Made by a program: the position numbers and the translations under genes. Below the pieces are notes generated by a model. That model was not told where the DNA came from and made no database searches. It saw only the letters and a program-made list of their open reading frames with translations. From Eledone cirrhosa (taxonomy: Eukaryota), in assembly GCA_964016885.1 (NCBI GenBank), contig OZ024742.1:202678001-202742000 (forward strand): a stretch of 64,000 nt of DNA. Reading direction: 5' to 3'. How positions within the stretch are numbered: the stretch's first letter is position 1; each line of letters begins with the position of its first letter. Shown here one piece after another: positions 26,837 through 40,439 of this stretch.

Positions 26837-26940
26837 ACAAGTGGAAGTTTAGTAAAATCGAAGTTTTGGCTGTGGCCAAGCTAACGATGTACAATTAGTA
26901 ATGTGCAGCAAAGCACTCGTTAAGGTTGTAGGCCTTAGAG

Positions 26941-29200
26941 CAGGAGTCGGCAACCTTTTGGAGAGAGAGTGGGCCAAACAACTATGCAGTGTCATGGAGG
27001 AGGGCCATGTTATTAAATATGTAAATAAATTTTCTGGAGGTTTAAAGCAAAACAAGGAATTTAATATAATTTTATTTTAACAAGGCCCCTTATTTTACTG
27101 CAGGAATAACATAAAAAAAAGAAAAAAACTACAAACACATTCAACAAAAAAAAAAGCAAATTTCTTATTTTACTGCAGGAATAACAGAAAAACAACTACT
27201 ATCACAATCAACAAAAAAAAGCAAATTCCTTGCTACAAACGAAATACAGTTAGAAATGGTAAATGATTTAATGAGACACTTGTTTCTGCTTATTGTGCGA
27301 TAACTTCTCCACATCAGGTGAAATATTTGTCGATGACAGGAGCAAAACATCATCCAGGTGGTCGTCACGCAACCTTGTTCTTAAATGATTTTTAGTATAT
27401 TTCATTTTGGAAAAAATTTGTTCGCAAGCATATGTACTTCCAAATAATATCATCAGTTTCGCATTAGTCAAGATGTTTTTATATTTTCCGCTTGGCAATA
27501 TATATTTCTTGTAGAAGTCAACAGTGGATTCGAACTGAAATTTCGATTTCAAAGATTCGTCGCACTGTAAGTCAATTAACTCCAACTGATATTCTTCTGC
27601 CACTTGCTCCACACCTCTTTCGTAAGGAGTACCAAATAACTTAAATAGAGTTCCATATTGCCGGAGGAAAACGAGAGGAAAACGAGAGGAAAACTCGCTT
27701 CTCAAATCCTTAATAGAGCTCACAAAGATGTCTGGTATTATATCTCTCTTGTGATTTTGGAGACTTGGGAAATGAGAGTAGTTTCCTTTTTAAAGTTGTA
27801 ATTCCCACAGTCGAAGTTTTCTCTCAAAAGCAATAATTTGACCAAACATCTCAAATACAACCTTGTTCTTTCCTTGAAGCTCAAGATTCAAAGTGTTAAT
27901 GTGGGTCGTGATGTCCACTAAAAAAAACTAACTTGGCAACCCACTGTGGATCCTCAAAGTAAGAATTATCTTGGTCTTTGCTCTCTAAAAACATAGAAAT
28001 ATCTTCTCTCATCATTGCATATACTCGTTCTATCATTTTTCTGCGGCTAAGCCATAGAACATTTGAAAAATATGTAAGGTCGCCATACTCTGCTTCAATT
28101 TGTTTTAGAAATTCTTGAAACTGGCGGTGATTTAGTCCTCTTGACAGTATAAAATTCACTGTTTTCACGACCACTGCCATGATATCCTTAAAATTCAGTG
28201 ACTTTGCACATAATGCTTCTTGATGAATAATGCAATGAAGTTTGATTAGTTTTTTTATCAATACCGATGTGGTTTTGGAGCAATGCAACAAACCCCTTTC
28301 TCTCTCCAACCATTGCTCCAGAAAGCTTTGATAAATCCAGATTCATTTCAGTAATCCATTTTATTATGCTTTCCAAAATATCTGCTCCAGTGCTAATGTC
28401 CTTCATAGGAATCAATTATACAAATTCTTCCACAATCCTCACAAACACTGCAAGTTGACATGTATCCTTCATATCTGTGGTTTCATCGATAGCAATACTC
28501 CAGATTATTTAAAATGGTCTCCAAAGCACTTCTGACATTTGCTGCCAGCTCTTCAATTCGCCTTGTTACTGTTCTTGCCGATAAGTTGATCGCAGAAAAT
28601 AATTCCCTTTTTTCTGGACAAACAACATCTGCTTCCTTCAACAATAATTCTTTGAAGAAATCTCCATCAGTAAAAGGTTTCATCCTTTCTGCAATTAGTT
28701 TTGACAACTCGTAGCTAGCACGAATGTTTCGCTCACTTTTTTCAACTTTTCTAGTGAAAAAGGATGATTGCTTTGTTACATTATTTATCAGCCGTGCAAC
28801 TTCGTTTACTCGTGCTTTTCCAGTAAAACTGTTGTAATGATTATGACGAGTTTCATAGTGCCGTTTAATATTTGAAACTTTCTTCACGGCAATGGTTTCT
28901 TGACAAATTAAGCAAACACATTTTCCGAAGTGCTTAATGAAAAAATAGCTAAGTGTACAGCAATCGTTAACAGTTCGGCACTCCAAATCCACTTTTCTTT
29001 TCTTAGCTTTATGGAAAGGAAAAAGAACAAAAAGTATAATAATCAGAATGAAGAAATAAGAAACAATGAAAACAAATGTGAATGCAAATACAGTAATGCG
29101 ATAAAATATGATAATTGTGAATAAATTATATAAAACCAGGTTTCTAACGAAGTTGTTAGATCAGGGTTGTCATTTGCTTTTTTAAACCACTTTTGGCCTA
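26941..29200 (-). mobile_element. Decayed hAT transposon (SPIN/Buster, GTF2IRD2-like transposase); right end unresolved
   Basis: TIR-like caggagtcggcaacc at 26941; transposase fragments 27268-28992: BED finger CLIC...NIKRHYETRH, HCIIHQEALC, FGSTYACEQIFSKMK. Confidence 0.9.
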
Positions 29201-29634
29201 ATTCTAATAATAATAATTCACATAATTTATCACAAATAATTAAATAAACGTTATTATCGAATAAAGATACCTACTGTATATGTGTTATACCACCAGACAA
29301 CAAACTCAAATGAAAATACTCTGGGGAGGAGGGAACGAAATAATTTTTCCAAGGACCGCTTTACCTTGTGCCGCGGGGCACAGGTAAGGTCAGGAAAACG
29401 AAGACGACAATAATTCACGAGTGATTTTATTGAATGACAATATGGGTATAAAAGCGAGTCATGCGAACCGTAAGGTAGTATACCTTCCAGTCGCTGACGA
29501 AAATGCATACTTCCAGCCACCATTTGTGTTTGTTGAGTGGAACAAAATCACATACATGAAATCACAGGAAATAATAATACAGGTGATATAATGCTTGGCG
29601 GAAAGCCCAGAAAAATATGGATAAGAGGAAATAA

Positions 29635-29810
29635 TAATTGTTTCTACTTTAGGCACAAGGCCAGCAATTACCCAGTGCATTACTGGTACTTTATTTTATC
29701 GACCCCGTAAGGATGAAAGGCAAAGTCAACCTCGGCGGGATCGTAAAGAGACGTAACTATGCTGGAAAGCATGGCGTCCGACCCTCTACCGATACTGCCA
29801 ATCCACCGGA
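29635..29810 (-). mobile_element. tRNA-derived SINE (same family as 12197)
   Basis: Reverse complement of the family consensus. Confidence 0.85.
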
Positions 29811-30400
29811 AATAATAATAAGAGGAAATAATAATAAATGGAAAATATAATAAAGTTAAAACGAAAAAACTAATCGGGTTAGACAACTGACCTGGACAAA
29901 TCGAACGATATTATGCAAAACGTCCGATAGGTTTCTATGAAATCCGAAATCAACAATCCTACTTGCGCAATATGCAAGTTTGTGGTATTCGATGATCGAA
30001 CTGTGGACTCACGTTATCAACAGGTTTTCGTTCTATGCCTCAAGCCAGTGTGGAGTGTAGCACTGAACTGCTACCGCTGGCAGCACTCAATGTTCCACTG
30101 TCACGTGTTTTTTCCAACAAGGGAAGTAACCCCCGGTTTTTGGCGGGCAAATTCAAAATGTGAACAAAGGAATCAATTCCGTTCCAAAATCCGAATGAGA
30201 AGCTCTTGACGAGACGTTATTAAACAAACATAAATAATTAACCAATCAATGGAATTGTCTAATTAAATTAATTAATTATTAGGTCTAGGAAATAATAAGA
30301 CAAGTGGAAGTTTAGTAAAATCGAATATATATACATATGTGTGTGTGTGTGTGTGTGTATGTGTGTGTGTGTATATATATATATGTATATATCTACTCTA

Positions 30401-30436
30401 TCTTCTGATGAAGGACTAGTATCCGAAAAGTTAAGA
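30401..30436 (+). ncRNA. Minimal hammerhead in a ~140-bp solo insert between TA runs
   Basis: TCTT-CTGATGA-aGGA ctagta TCC-GAAA-AG-TT-AAGA. Confidence 0.7.
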
Positions 30437-30535
30437 CTCTCTTCGCGCTATTTCCAGCGTTAAACTAATATATTTCTTCCATGTACAGAGCTGTTTCTTT
30501 TGGTATCTTTGTTATTTCTGTTTACCTTTTACATG

Positions 30536-30590
<55 letters not shown>

Positions 30591-30594
<4 letters not shown>

Positions 30595-30717
30595 AAGCTT
30601 CTACAGGACTAGAACAGTTTCATTCATGAGGAAGTTCTATATTAAACATTTATACTCTGCTATATATTGAGTACCTTACTTACTGTGGTTACCCACGATT
30701 AAACCCGGAATAACCCA
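30591..30717. mobile_element. Family F mini element (inverted HHR half plus tail)
   Basis: Homology to 23803-23925 in two opposite orientations. Confidence 0.65.
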
Positions 30718-30769
30718 TATATATATATATATGTACAATGTACATTGTACATACACACGCACGTGCACA

Positions 30770-30832
<63 letters not shown>

Positions 30833-31024
30833 ACAGACACACACACACACATACACATACATACAATTAGTGTTCCTTTAGAAAGAGAAAACGTTATGCC
30901 CACTCTCAGAATGATGCCTCAAGGAATATTTTGGAAAAGTCACCTGTCTGGAGACACAACCTAATTACAATGGTGCCGTCTTTACACCTTTGCTAGATGA
31001 GCGAAAATTAATTAAATCTCAATG

Positions 31025-31164
<140 letters not shown>

Positions 31165-31177
31165 ACGCACACGCACA

Positions 31178-31209
<32 letters not shown>

Positions 31210-31657
31210 TAAAACGAATGGTTAACACAACATGGACAATATTGATTCCTTGCTTCTAGCTATGGACACAGAGGATCGACACTTTGGGTTCTTTTTCATG
31301 ATTTTCCTCCTTTTCTTTATTATTTTAAGACGAAATATATTGGGAAACGTAAGTATTTGATTGGTCCATCCATGACTTATTCAAAGAAGAGAGGAAACTA
31401 AAGCTAAATATAAATATAAAACATATCTTCGTTGCGGAATGGAATGGAACTCTGTCGGTCTCGAATAAGCATACATACACACACACCACATAGACTCACA
31501 CACATAAAGATACATACTTATATACATACATACATGCATACATACATGCATGCACACATACACATACACACACACACATGCATATGCATATATCCTGCGT
31601 TTGTTTGTCTATTTGTCCTTTTGAACTATATATTATATATATATATATATATATTTA

Positions 31658-31779
31658 TAGGAACAAGTATGACCCCGACGGCAGAGCTCATACTTGTTCC
31701 TATTACCCACTCTACTACCCTAAGTATTGAGTACTTTGGTGCGTTATGGTCCATCTGGTTCCTTACCACATTTCCTTCG

Positions 31780-31781
<2 letters not shown>
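31658..31781. mobile_element. Family A mini element
   Basis: gaccccgacggcagagctca plus the tail actctactaccctaagtattgagtac...ccttcgt; TA on both sides. Confidence 0.7.
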
Positions 31782-31815
<34 letters not shown>

Positions 31816-31818
<3 letters not shown>

Positions 31819-32145
31819 AGGTGGGTTTTATTGTAGCACAATAAAGCAATGCAAATATCGGATAAGTAGCACTCCACAGTTTATAGGACTGGCGTATAAA
31901 TAATATAAGATCAAAAGAGTTCCAAGTATTTTATTATGCGCATTTCAAAAACAAATATTATCATGGGATGATATTTGCGTTCTTATTTTACACTTCACTG
32001 CTCGCAAGTGTTTTTTAAGCTTCATATCATGTCTCCCTATTTTATCTGATAAGAAAGCAAATATCATCCCATGATAATATTTGTTTTTGAAATGCGCATA
32101 ATAAAATAGTTGGAACTCTTTTAACCATCTTTTGATCTTATATTA
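31816..32145. mobile_element. Fold-back HHR element (family H, short form); HHR at 32038-32108
   Basis: Inverted arms; TATTTTAT-CTGATAA-...-GAAA-TGCGCA-TA-ATAAAATA. Confidence 0.75.
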
Positions 32146-32152
32146 TATATAT

Positions 32153-32807
32153 ATTAAAATAACAGATTAAAGTTTAAGCAAAGAATCGCTGCTTTTTCAC
32201 CCTTAATGGGATCTTCTGAAACAAAAAAAATTAATCTGTGAACGCAGAAGTAAATATTTCGAAAAGCGTTGCAACCGAAGGAAGACAGGAATACGATACT
32301 TTGGTTCGTGGAAATGTTCCCTGGCAAAGAACGGAAAAAAACGAAGATAATACGTCATTATTTGGTGCGATGAAAACACGCAAAGACAAAACCACGTTTA
32401 TGGTTTAAATGAAGTCGTAGATTGATATTCTATTAGGTGGTTCCTGGAGACGTTCCCTGGCAATGAACGGAAAAAACGAAGATAATACGTCATTATATGG
32501 AGCGGTGAGAACAATTACGCGCAAAGACAAAACCACGTAAATGGTATAAATGAAGTCGTAGACTAAAATTCTATTCAGGAAACCGAATGATTCTCGGCTT
32601 CAGAGTTAAGAATAATGTAAATAAATTACAGAGGTTATTGAAATCAACAATATTTAAATATGCATGCATCCATATACGTACATACACATGCATACGCGAA
32701 AACATCCGCCATGGGTATGCAAATACAGGCACGTGCACACATACAAAAACCCACGCAACACCTGTACCCGCATACATACGAACGTATACACCAAATACAC
32801 ATAAAAC

Positions 32808-32848
<41 letters not shown>

Positions 32849-33702
32849 TGTGTGTGTGTGTACGTGTATACATATAATTATATAAACATATATAAATATA
32901 CACGCATATAACGCGCGCACACACATACCTACATGTAAATACACATATGTTCGCTAAACGTACGTCAACCAAAACACAAAGTACACATATACACACACCC
33001 TACATACGTGCAAACCGGCATACACACACAAACGCAAAACTCACGTATATACATAACCATATACACATGTACCAGTATATATAATATAATATATATGCCT
33101 ATAACAAATACAAGCAAATATACGTACGAGAAAGTATACGTACCTTCACAAAACATACAGGTAATATATACTTACCTATACAAATAAGTAATGGTATAAA
33201 CATGAAATATACTTAGCTACCACATCAAGACGTGAATTGTCCGCGTATAGTTCGTACTATCCGTTAGAGTATAATGTGGGGCTGTAATACAGGAAAGTGT
33301 TGTGCAATTTATGTTTACAAGCCGAAATTGCCTCGGATTTTTTGTTTAAGATGTGGTCATTGGCGTAGAGTATTTTCAGGGCTTCAGCGGCGCAGAGGTC
33401 CCATGGTCTTTTATTTTCGTTATATGATCTAGCCTCAGCTATGATCTCCCAGTGTAACCTATATTGGGTGTGGTTGTCTTTTAGACTCCAGATATAAGCT
33501 GAAAGTGACGTCATATTCCTTCTTAAAGGGTTAAGAAAAGAATGAATATGTATGTAAAGAGGCTGCTGGTTAACCCTAGGTAGGCCCTACGGGGCGTGGG
33601 TGTTTCAACCTTACATTTGTAGACATACAGTTCTTATATATTTGATATATATTTATCCTTATCGAGCCCTCTTGGGATTTTAGTCTTCAAATTTATTATT
33701 AT

Positions 33703-33706
<4 letters not shown>
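32153..33706 (-). mobile_element. 5'-truncated Neptune-type PLE ending in the family G HHR terminus, with an inverted tail
   Basis: ORF 33257-33514 (TSLSAYIWSLKD...WEII...DLCAAE...ILNKKSE..SACKH) is a GIY-YIG C-terminus; family G sequence at both ends. Confidence 0.8.
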
Positions 33707-33761
<55 letters not shown>

Positions 33762-33770
33762 TGTATATAA

Positions 33771-35709
33771 TAATACATAAGATCAAAAGATGGTTAAAAG
33801 AGTTCCATGTATTTTATTATGCGCATTTCAAAAACAAATATCATCATGAAATAACATTTGCGTTTTCGTCAGATAAAATAGGGAGACATGATATGAAGGT
33901 TAAAACACACTTGTGAATAGTGCAGTTTTAAATCAACATATGAAAAGTAGTTTTAGATTGATGTGTGATATTGGGAAAAAAAATTGATGGGGGGTGAGGT
34001 TGGAAAGGATGAAAAAGAGGAGGAGATGAGAGTAAAAAGTGGAGGGGAGGAGTATAATGAGGAAGGATGAGATAGAAGGAGAGATGGGTGATAGAGAGAG
34101 AGAGATAGCTTTTATAACTGAGAAAAATATATTGTTTTACATAGAGAAGTTGAAAAACCGTTGGAAGATAATATATAAATTAAAAGAATTTGAAAATTAA
34201 CGAAGAGAAAAACAATTTTAGAATAATGTTAAATTAAGGTTTGTATATTTAAGGGTTTAATAATATGTGCGATGAAAAGAAATTGTTAATATGTATTAAG
34301 AATAATATTTAAGGGTTTAATAATATGTGCGATGGAAAGAAATTGTTGATATGTATTATTAAAAAATATAAAAATATAGCAATAGTAATGTAATTAAGGA
34401 TATATTGTGAAAGAAGTAGAAGAGTGGATGAATAAGTGTAATATGTATAAGTTAGATGAGCATGAAAGGGAAAAAAAATAATGAATTGAGGATGAATAAT
34501 CTAACGTCAAAAGAATGTTTATGTTTACGAAGGATTTTTTTCAAGGTGATATAAAGTAAGAATATATTGTGCTGAGTAGTAATTGTTTCTACGTTAGGCA
34601 CAATGATAATTGAGAAGTGTCTAGGAAGAAAGGGTACAGATTAGGGGTTAGAAATTAAAAGAAAAAGAAAAAAGAAAGAAAAAAGGAAAAAAGAAAGAAA
34701 GGGAAGTGATAAATAGGAGTGAAATAGAATGAGTAACTAGTGTTATATAATGTATAATAAATAACATTGAAATAAGGTAGAAACTTAAAAGAACCAACAC
34801 GGCACTCTCAGAACTCATATGGTCCTTGAAAGACAAAAATATTAACTATAACATCTCTTGGAAGAAGGTTCGTTCTGCTTCTACATACTTGAATAGTTCT
34901 CTATTATATGCAATCTCTATTTATGTGAAAAATTTACCATTTATATCTAATTTAGATTCTATAATAAATAGACGCACTGACTTGTTTTCTCTCTGCTTGC
35001 ATAAATTCCACAGAACATTCCATAAAGTATACAGCTAATATCTAATACTTTATCAATTTAAAATCCTTTTCTCAAAGGCACATATATATATATACATATA
35101 TATTTCTTTTAAAAGTATACTCATCTTTCTACCTTATTTCAATGTTATTTATTATACATTATATAATACTAGTTACTCATTCTATTTCACTCCTATTTAT
35201 CACTTCCCTTTCTTTCTTTTTTTTTCTTTTTCTTTTAATTTCTAACCCCTAATCTGTACCTTTTCTTCCTAGACACTTCTCAATTATCATTGTGCCTAAC
35301 GTAGAAACAATTATTACTCAGCACAATATATTCTTACTTTATATCACCTTGAAAAAAATCCTTCGTAAACATAAACATTTTTTTGACGTTAGATTATTCA
35401 TCCTCAATTCATTATTTTTTCTCCCTTTCATGCTCTTATACATATTACACTTATTCATCCACTCTTCTACTTCTTTCACCATATATCCTTAATTACATTA
35501 CTATTGCTATATTTTTATATTTTTTAATAATACATATTAACAATTTCTTTTCATCGCACATATTATTAAACCCTTAAATATACAAACCTTAATTTAACAT
35601 TATTCTAAAAAAATTTTTCTCTTCGTTAATTTTCAAATTCTTTTAATTTATATATTATCTTCCAACGGTTTTTCAACTTCAAACAATATATTTTTCTTAG
35701 TTATAAAAG

Positions 35710-35749
<40 letters not shown>

Positions 35750-36140
35750 CCCATCTCTCCTCCTATCTCATCCTTCCTCATTTTACTCCTCCCCCTCCAC
35801 TTTTTACTCTCATCTCCTCTTTTTCATCCTTTCCACCCCCCCCTCAATTTTTTTCCCAATATCACACATCAATCTAAAACTACTTTTCATATGTTGATTT
35901 AAAACTGCACTATTCACAAGTGTGTTTTAACCTTCATATCATGTCTCCCTATTTTATCTAACGCAAATATTATTGCATGATGATATTTGTTTTTGAAATG
36001 CGCATAATAAAATACATGGAACTCTTTTAACCATCTTTTGATCTTATATATTATTATTTATACTCCAGTCCTACAAGCTGTAGAGTGCTACTTATCCGAT
36101 ATCTGCATTGCTTTATTGTACTACAATAAAACTCACCTCC

Positions 36141-36142
<2 letters not shown>
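33771..36142. mobile_element. Large fold-back PLE remnant (family H): ~0.95-kb inverted arms around a GIY-YIG C-terminal fragment
   Basis: 33771-34780 is inverted at 35130-36056; plus-strand NTALSELIWSLKDKNINYNISWK...INRRTDLFSLCLH at ~34795-35038; HHR CTGACGA on minus at 33810-33880. Confidence 0.85.
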
Positions 36143-36187
<45 letters not shown>

Positions 36188-36191
<4 letters not shown>

Positions 36192-37121
36192 GGAAAAAAT
36201 GAAACGAAATTTCATTTCCCACTCTTAGTACGGCTGTTACTTAAATATAAGTATGTACACGTACATACATATATGTATACAGACGTACAGTAGTATGTAT
36301 ATATATATATACATACAAGCACACATACATATATGTATACAGACGTACAGTAGTATGTATATATATATACATACATGCACACATATATATATGTACGTAT
36401 GGATTCACCGAACATTTATTATAATGCTCGGTGTGTTTGTAAACAAACATCTCGTATTAAGCCGTAGTGTCCAGCAACCATCGTTGCTCGTTTGTTCAAC
36501 ACTGACAAAGGAACGCTGTGCTAGTTTCAAGCTTATTAGCTATCGCCAGCAACGTATACATTCCTGCCAGATGGTTGAACGTCTGAAAGTATATACTTTC
36601 CTTATGCATATTAACGGCTGAGCAGCCTAATTTGCATATCGAGTGAGTTAATCGGCCGGGGTACCGAAAACGATAAACGGAAAAAATGAAACGAAATTTC
36701 ATTTTTCACTCTTAGTACGGCTGTTACTTAAATATAAGTATGTATACGTACATACATATATATATACAGACGTACAGTAGTATGTATATGCAAATTAGGC
36801 TGCTTAGCCGTTAATATGCATAAGCAACGTATATACTTTCAGACGTTCAACAATCTGGCAGGAAGGTATAGGTTGCTGACGATAGCTAATAAGCTTGAAA
36901 CTAGTACAGCGTTCCTTTGTCAGTGTTGAACAAATGAGCAACCATGGTTGCTAGACACTGTACGGCTTAATTCGGGATGTTTGTTTACAAACACACCGAG
37001 CATTATAATAAGTGTTCGGTGAATCCATACGTACATATATATATATGTGTGCATGTATGTATATATATATACATACTACTGTACGTCTATATACATATAT
37101 GTATGTACGTATACATACTTA
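36188..37121. mobile_element. Second locus of HHR family E (about 1.3 tandem units plus an inverted unit)
   Basis: High identity to 2986-4300; HHR on plus at ~36870-36912. Confidence 0.85.
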
Positions 37122-37140
37122 TATATATATATATATATAT

Positions 37141-38681
37141 CAAAAAAGAGAAATAGGACGAAGGTAAACAGTTACAAAAGGATTTAATCCACGTATTAAC
37201 AATTGTTTCATCAGAATTTCAGTCCATTATTGCTACACTATGTAATAATAGGCAATCAAGAAAGATACTGTGGCATCCGAATTTTCAAAATACAAAGTTG
37301 AAATGACCTTAGGAAATGAAATAAGGGGTAGTAGTGTAAGATAGAGGAACAGAGAGAGAGCGGGGGAAAAGAGAGGGCGAGAGAGAGAGAGAAAAAAGGG
37401 ACGGAGGTAGGGAGAGAAAGAGAAAGAGATAGGGTGGTGTGAGAAGATTTGTATAGAATATAGTTAAGTTACAAGAAGGGAGGGGGAGGAGGGATGTGTG
37501 CTAAAAGTTGTGATGAGTAGGGGGAGAGATAAGGAAGATAGAATTTTAAGTGGCAGTTGGTAGTGGACAGGCGAAAGTCTTACCAGAGTATAGATGAAGG
37601 AAGAAAGTATAAAATTTCATATATAGTCTATTTTTAGGAGTGTAGAATTTAGGGTAGAAAAGGAAAAGGGGTAGTGTTAAGATTTAGTTGAAGGTTTGAA
37701 GTGTGAGAACTTCGCTTTTAGTTTATGCTGGCAAAAGATTGACCTTTCAATTTTGTTGTTGAGTAGTTGGTGGCCTGAGCTTAGGATATGGAAGAGCTCA
37801 TTATTACACAACGGGCACGTTTTCATCCCACTCCGGTATGGAGGAGCATGTGAAAGTTTGGTCCATTTAAGGATGTATTGTCGGTTACTCCCTTTTAAGT
37901 GCCAAATTTTGTCGGCGAGAGTAACGGTGTTGGGGGTGCTTTATTGCGTAACGATGCGTGTACCAACGAGTTTTGAAGGTGTTTGCAGTGTTGCCTATGT
38001 AGTGCCAGGTTTGGTTGTCCGACTCAACCGAGCACCTGTACACTAGGTTTGAATGCAAACATTCGTTATTCAATGGACAAGTCTTTGGAAGGTGGCAATT
38101 ACAATTTCTGTTATGGGCAGTGGTGGAGTTATAGGTGGGCTGGGATGTGTGTGTGAGTGTGTTTTGTGCATACTGTTTGTTAGTGGGTGGTTGTGTATTA
38201 GGTGTATTATTGTGTTGAGTGATTGGGGTGTTGTTGTTACGGAGTTTTTTGGCGTTGAGCATCTTAATGTGTGCGTCTAGGTTTGGTGCAGTGGAATAAG
38301 ATAGTCTAATTGTTTTGGTATTTAGTATACTACTATATTTATGTGAGTTTGGAAAGTGTTTTTTTATAATTTTGTAGAATGTGGAAGGTAAGTTAGAGCT
38401 AATAGAAGAGTTAAAAATAGGATTATACCAAATGTAAGATCTACTCCGTGTTCTGTTTTGCTTTGATGTTGCTGTTGTATTAGTGGTGTGGTTAGTATTA
38501 GGGGGTCTAGGTGCGTGTGTGCGGGTGTTTGTGGGGCGTTTGGCGTGTCTATGGTTATGTGTTTTATGGTTGTGTCGGTCTACGTATTCTAGTTTGTCGG
38601 TGTGGCCAGCCCGTTCTAACGTATGTTGATAACTTTCCTCACAACTTGTTCTACCAAGCTTTGGAATATTCCTAATTACTG

Positions 38682-38685
<4 letters not shown>
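37141..38685 (-). mobile_element. 5'-truncated Neptune-type PLE (linker, Cys motif, GIY-YIG) with a 3' U3-A8 HHR (37193-37293)
   Basis: IWYNP...IRLSYS; CNCHLPKTCPLNNECLHSNLVYRC...HYIGNTANTFKTRWYTH; GTATT-TTGAAAA-...-GAAA-CAATTG-TT-AATAC. Confidence 0.88.
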
Positions 38686-38721
<36 letters not shown>

Positions 38722-38736
38722 CATATATGTATATAC

Positions 38737-38930
38737 CAACGAGAGTGTGGTAAGATACCATGTGGACCATAATACCCCCAGAGTACTCGATATTTGGGGT
38801 AGTAGAGTGGATAGTATTAAAATATTCAGGATTCCGACGGCTGAGATCTGGCCGTTTCGACAGCTAGATACGTTCGGATTTAGTTGTCGAAACGGCCAGA
38901 GCTCAGCCGTCGGGGGTGCTGAACCTTTTC
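38737..38930. mobile_element. Family A mini fold-back element (diverged)
   Basis: ccgacggctgagatctggccgtttcgaca ... tgtcgaaacggccagagctcagccgtcgg, plus tail. Confidence 0.7.
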
Positions 38931-39149
38931 ATATATATATATTATGACTCTCTTTGTTCATTTCTTTATACGAATATTGATTGTTTGTTCTTGTATCTCA
39001 TTCTGTTATTTTGCCTGTGAAAATATCTGTGTGTCATCAAGCGATGCGCACGCATGGTTATTTTTTCAAATCCAATTGAGTTCTAGCACGTGGCTTGAAT
39101 TATTTTCAGAATTCATTGACCTGCGCATGTATTGGTTTTTGGCAGTAAT

Positions 39150-39570
39150 CTCCTTCTACCTATTTTCGTGACAGTGTGCAATTTTCTTTAGAACTGCTGG
39201 ACTAACAACCTAGCAGCTCCGTTAAGCACTGATGGTGATTATCGCTAAACATTGATGTTGATTTAGTTATCAATATTAATGTTATTGGGCACCCACTGAA
39301 TAAGTATCTGTTGATCTTATACAAGCTTCTACATAAATTGGTATAATTTCACCCAACTTGTAGAAATCTTATAATGAAACGAGACGTCCGTCTGGGAAGA
39401 GATATATTTGATATATCTCATATGAAATGATACAGCCAATTTTCCACACAATACAATTAGTTAGCACCCCGAACGTTTAATTAGGAATATACTCACTTAT
39501 TTCCTAATGTTTGTTGAGTGAGTTGGGATTTGGCCGGAGTATCGCTTTTAGCTTTCTCCAATTATGTATT
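39150..39570 (-). pseudogene. Possible highly decayed Gypsy-type integrase fragment
   Basis: Minus strand NHHQC/NGAARLLVQQF*RKL resembles the YHPQSNGAAERxVQTFK motif; many stops. Confidence 0.3.
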
Positions 39571-39585
39571 TATATATATATATAT

Positions 39586-40045
39586 AAGTAGAAGGGTATT
39601 TAATTTGTTGGAAGTCCGACAAATATAAATGTTTATAACTGATTTAGAGCATTCAACAAGTTAATGGAGTAAATATTCAACGATATTAAATAAATGGAAA
39701 CTATATTTATAAAACCATATTTATTTTATTATATATATTTCAAGGGTACCAAGACACATTGGTACGCTTTCATCAGATAAAATACAAAGTTTGTTTTATA
39801 AATAGAGACATACCCATGAAAATTATACCTTATCGGTTGGAAATTCACTGGATAGTAATTCACTGGACTATCCAGGCAATTTCCAACCGATAAGGTATGA
39901 TTTTCATGGGTATGTCTCTATTTATAAAACAAACTTTGTATTTTATCTGATGAAAGCGTACCAATGTGTCTTGGTACCCTTGAAATATATATAATAAAAT
40001 AAATATGGTTTTATAAATATAGTTTTCATTTATTTAATATCATTG
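39586..40045. mobile_element. Family C fold-back element with intact HHRs on both arms (plus-strand HHR 39939-40001)
   Basis: Near-perfect arms 39682-39857 / 39867-40042; TATTTTAT-CTGATGA-aagcGTACCA...TGGTACcctt-GAAA-TATATA-TA-ATAAAATA. Confidence 0.88.
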
Positions 40046-40057
40046 TATATATATATA

Positions 40058-40230
40058 TGAGGTGAGTAATATTGTAGAACAATAAAACTATGCATATATC
40101 AGATAAGTAGCACTCAACAGAGGGTAGAACTGGAGTATATATATAAAGAAGAAATTAAAAGATGGTTAAAAGATGGTTAAAAAAGTTCCATATATGGAAC
40201 TTTTTTAACCATCTTTTAATTTCTTCTTTA
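40058..40230. mobile_element. Family H-like mini fold-back element
   Basis: Tail homologous to 36060-36142 (reverse) plus a palindrome centred on gttccatatatggaac. Confidence 0.65.
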
Positions 40231-40235
40231 TATAC

Positions 40236-40337
<102 letters not shown>

Positions 40338-40439
40338 GTGTGTAAGTAAAGCAAACTATAGTGCATTAAAGCATGTTCTAATCCGGGAACTTCATTAGAG
40401 CTTATCACGATTTCCACAGCATTAAACGACTGAGCTTAC

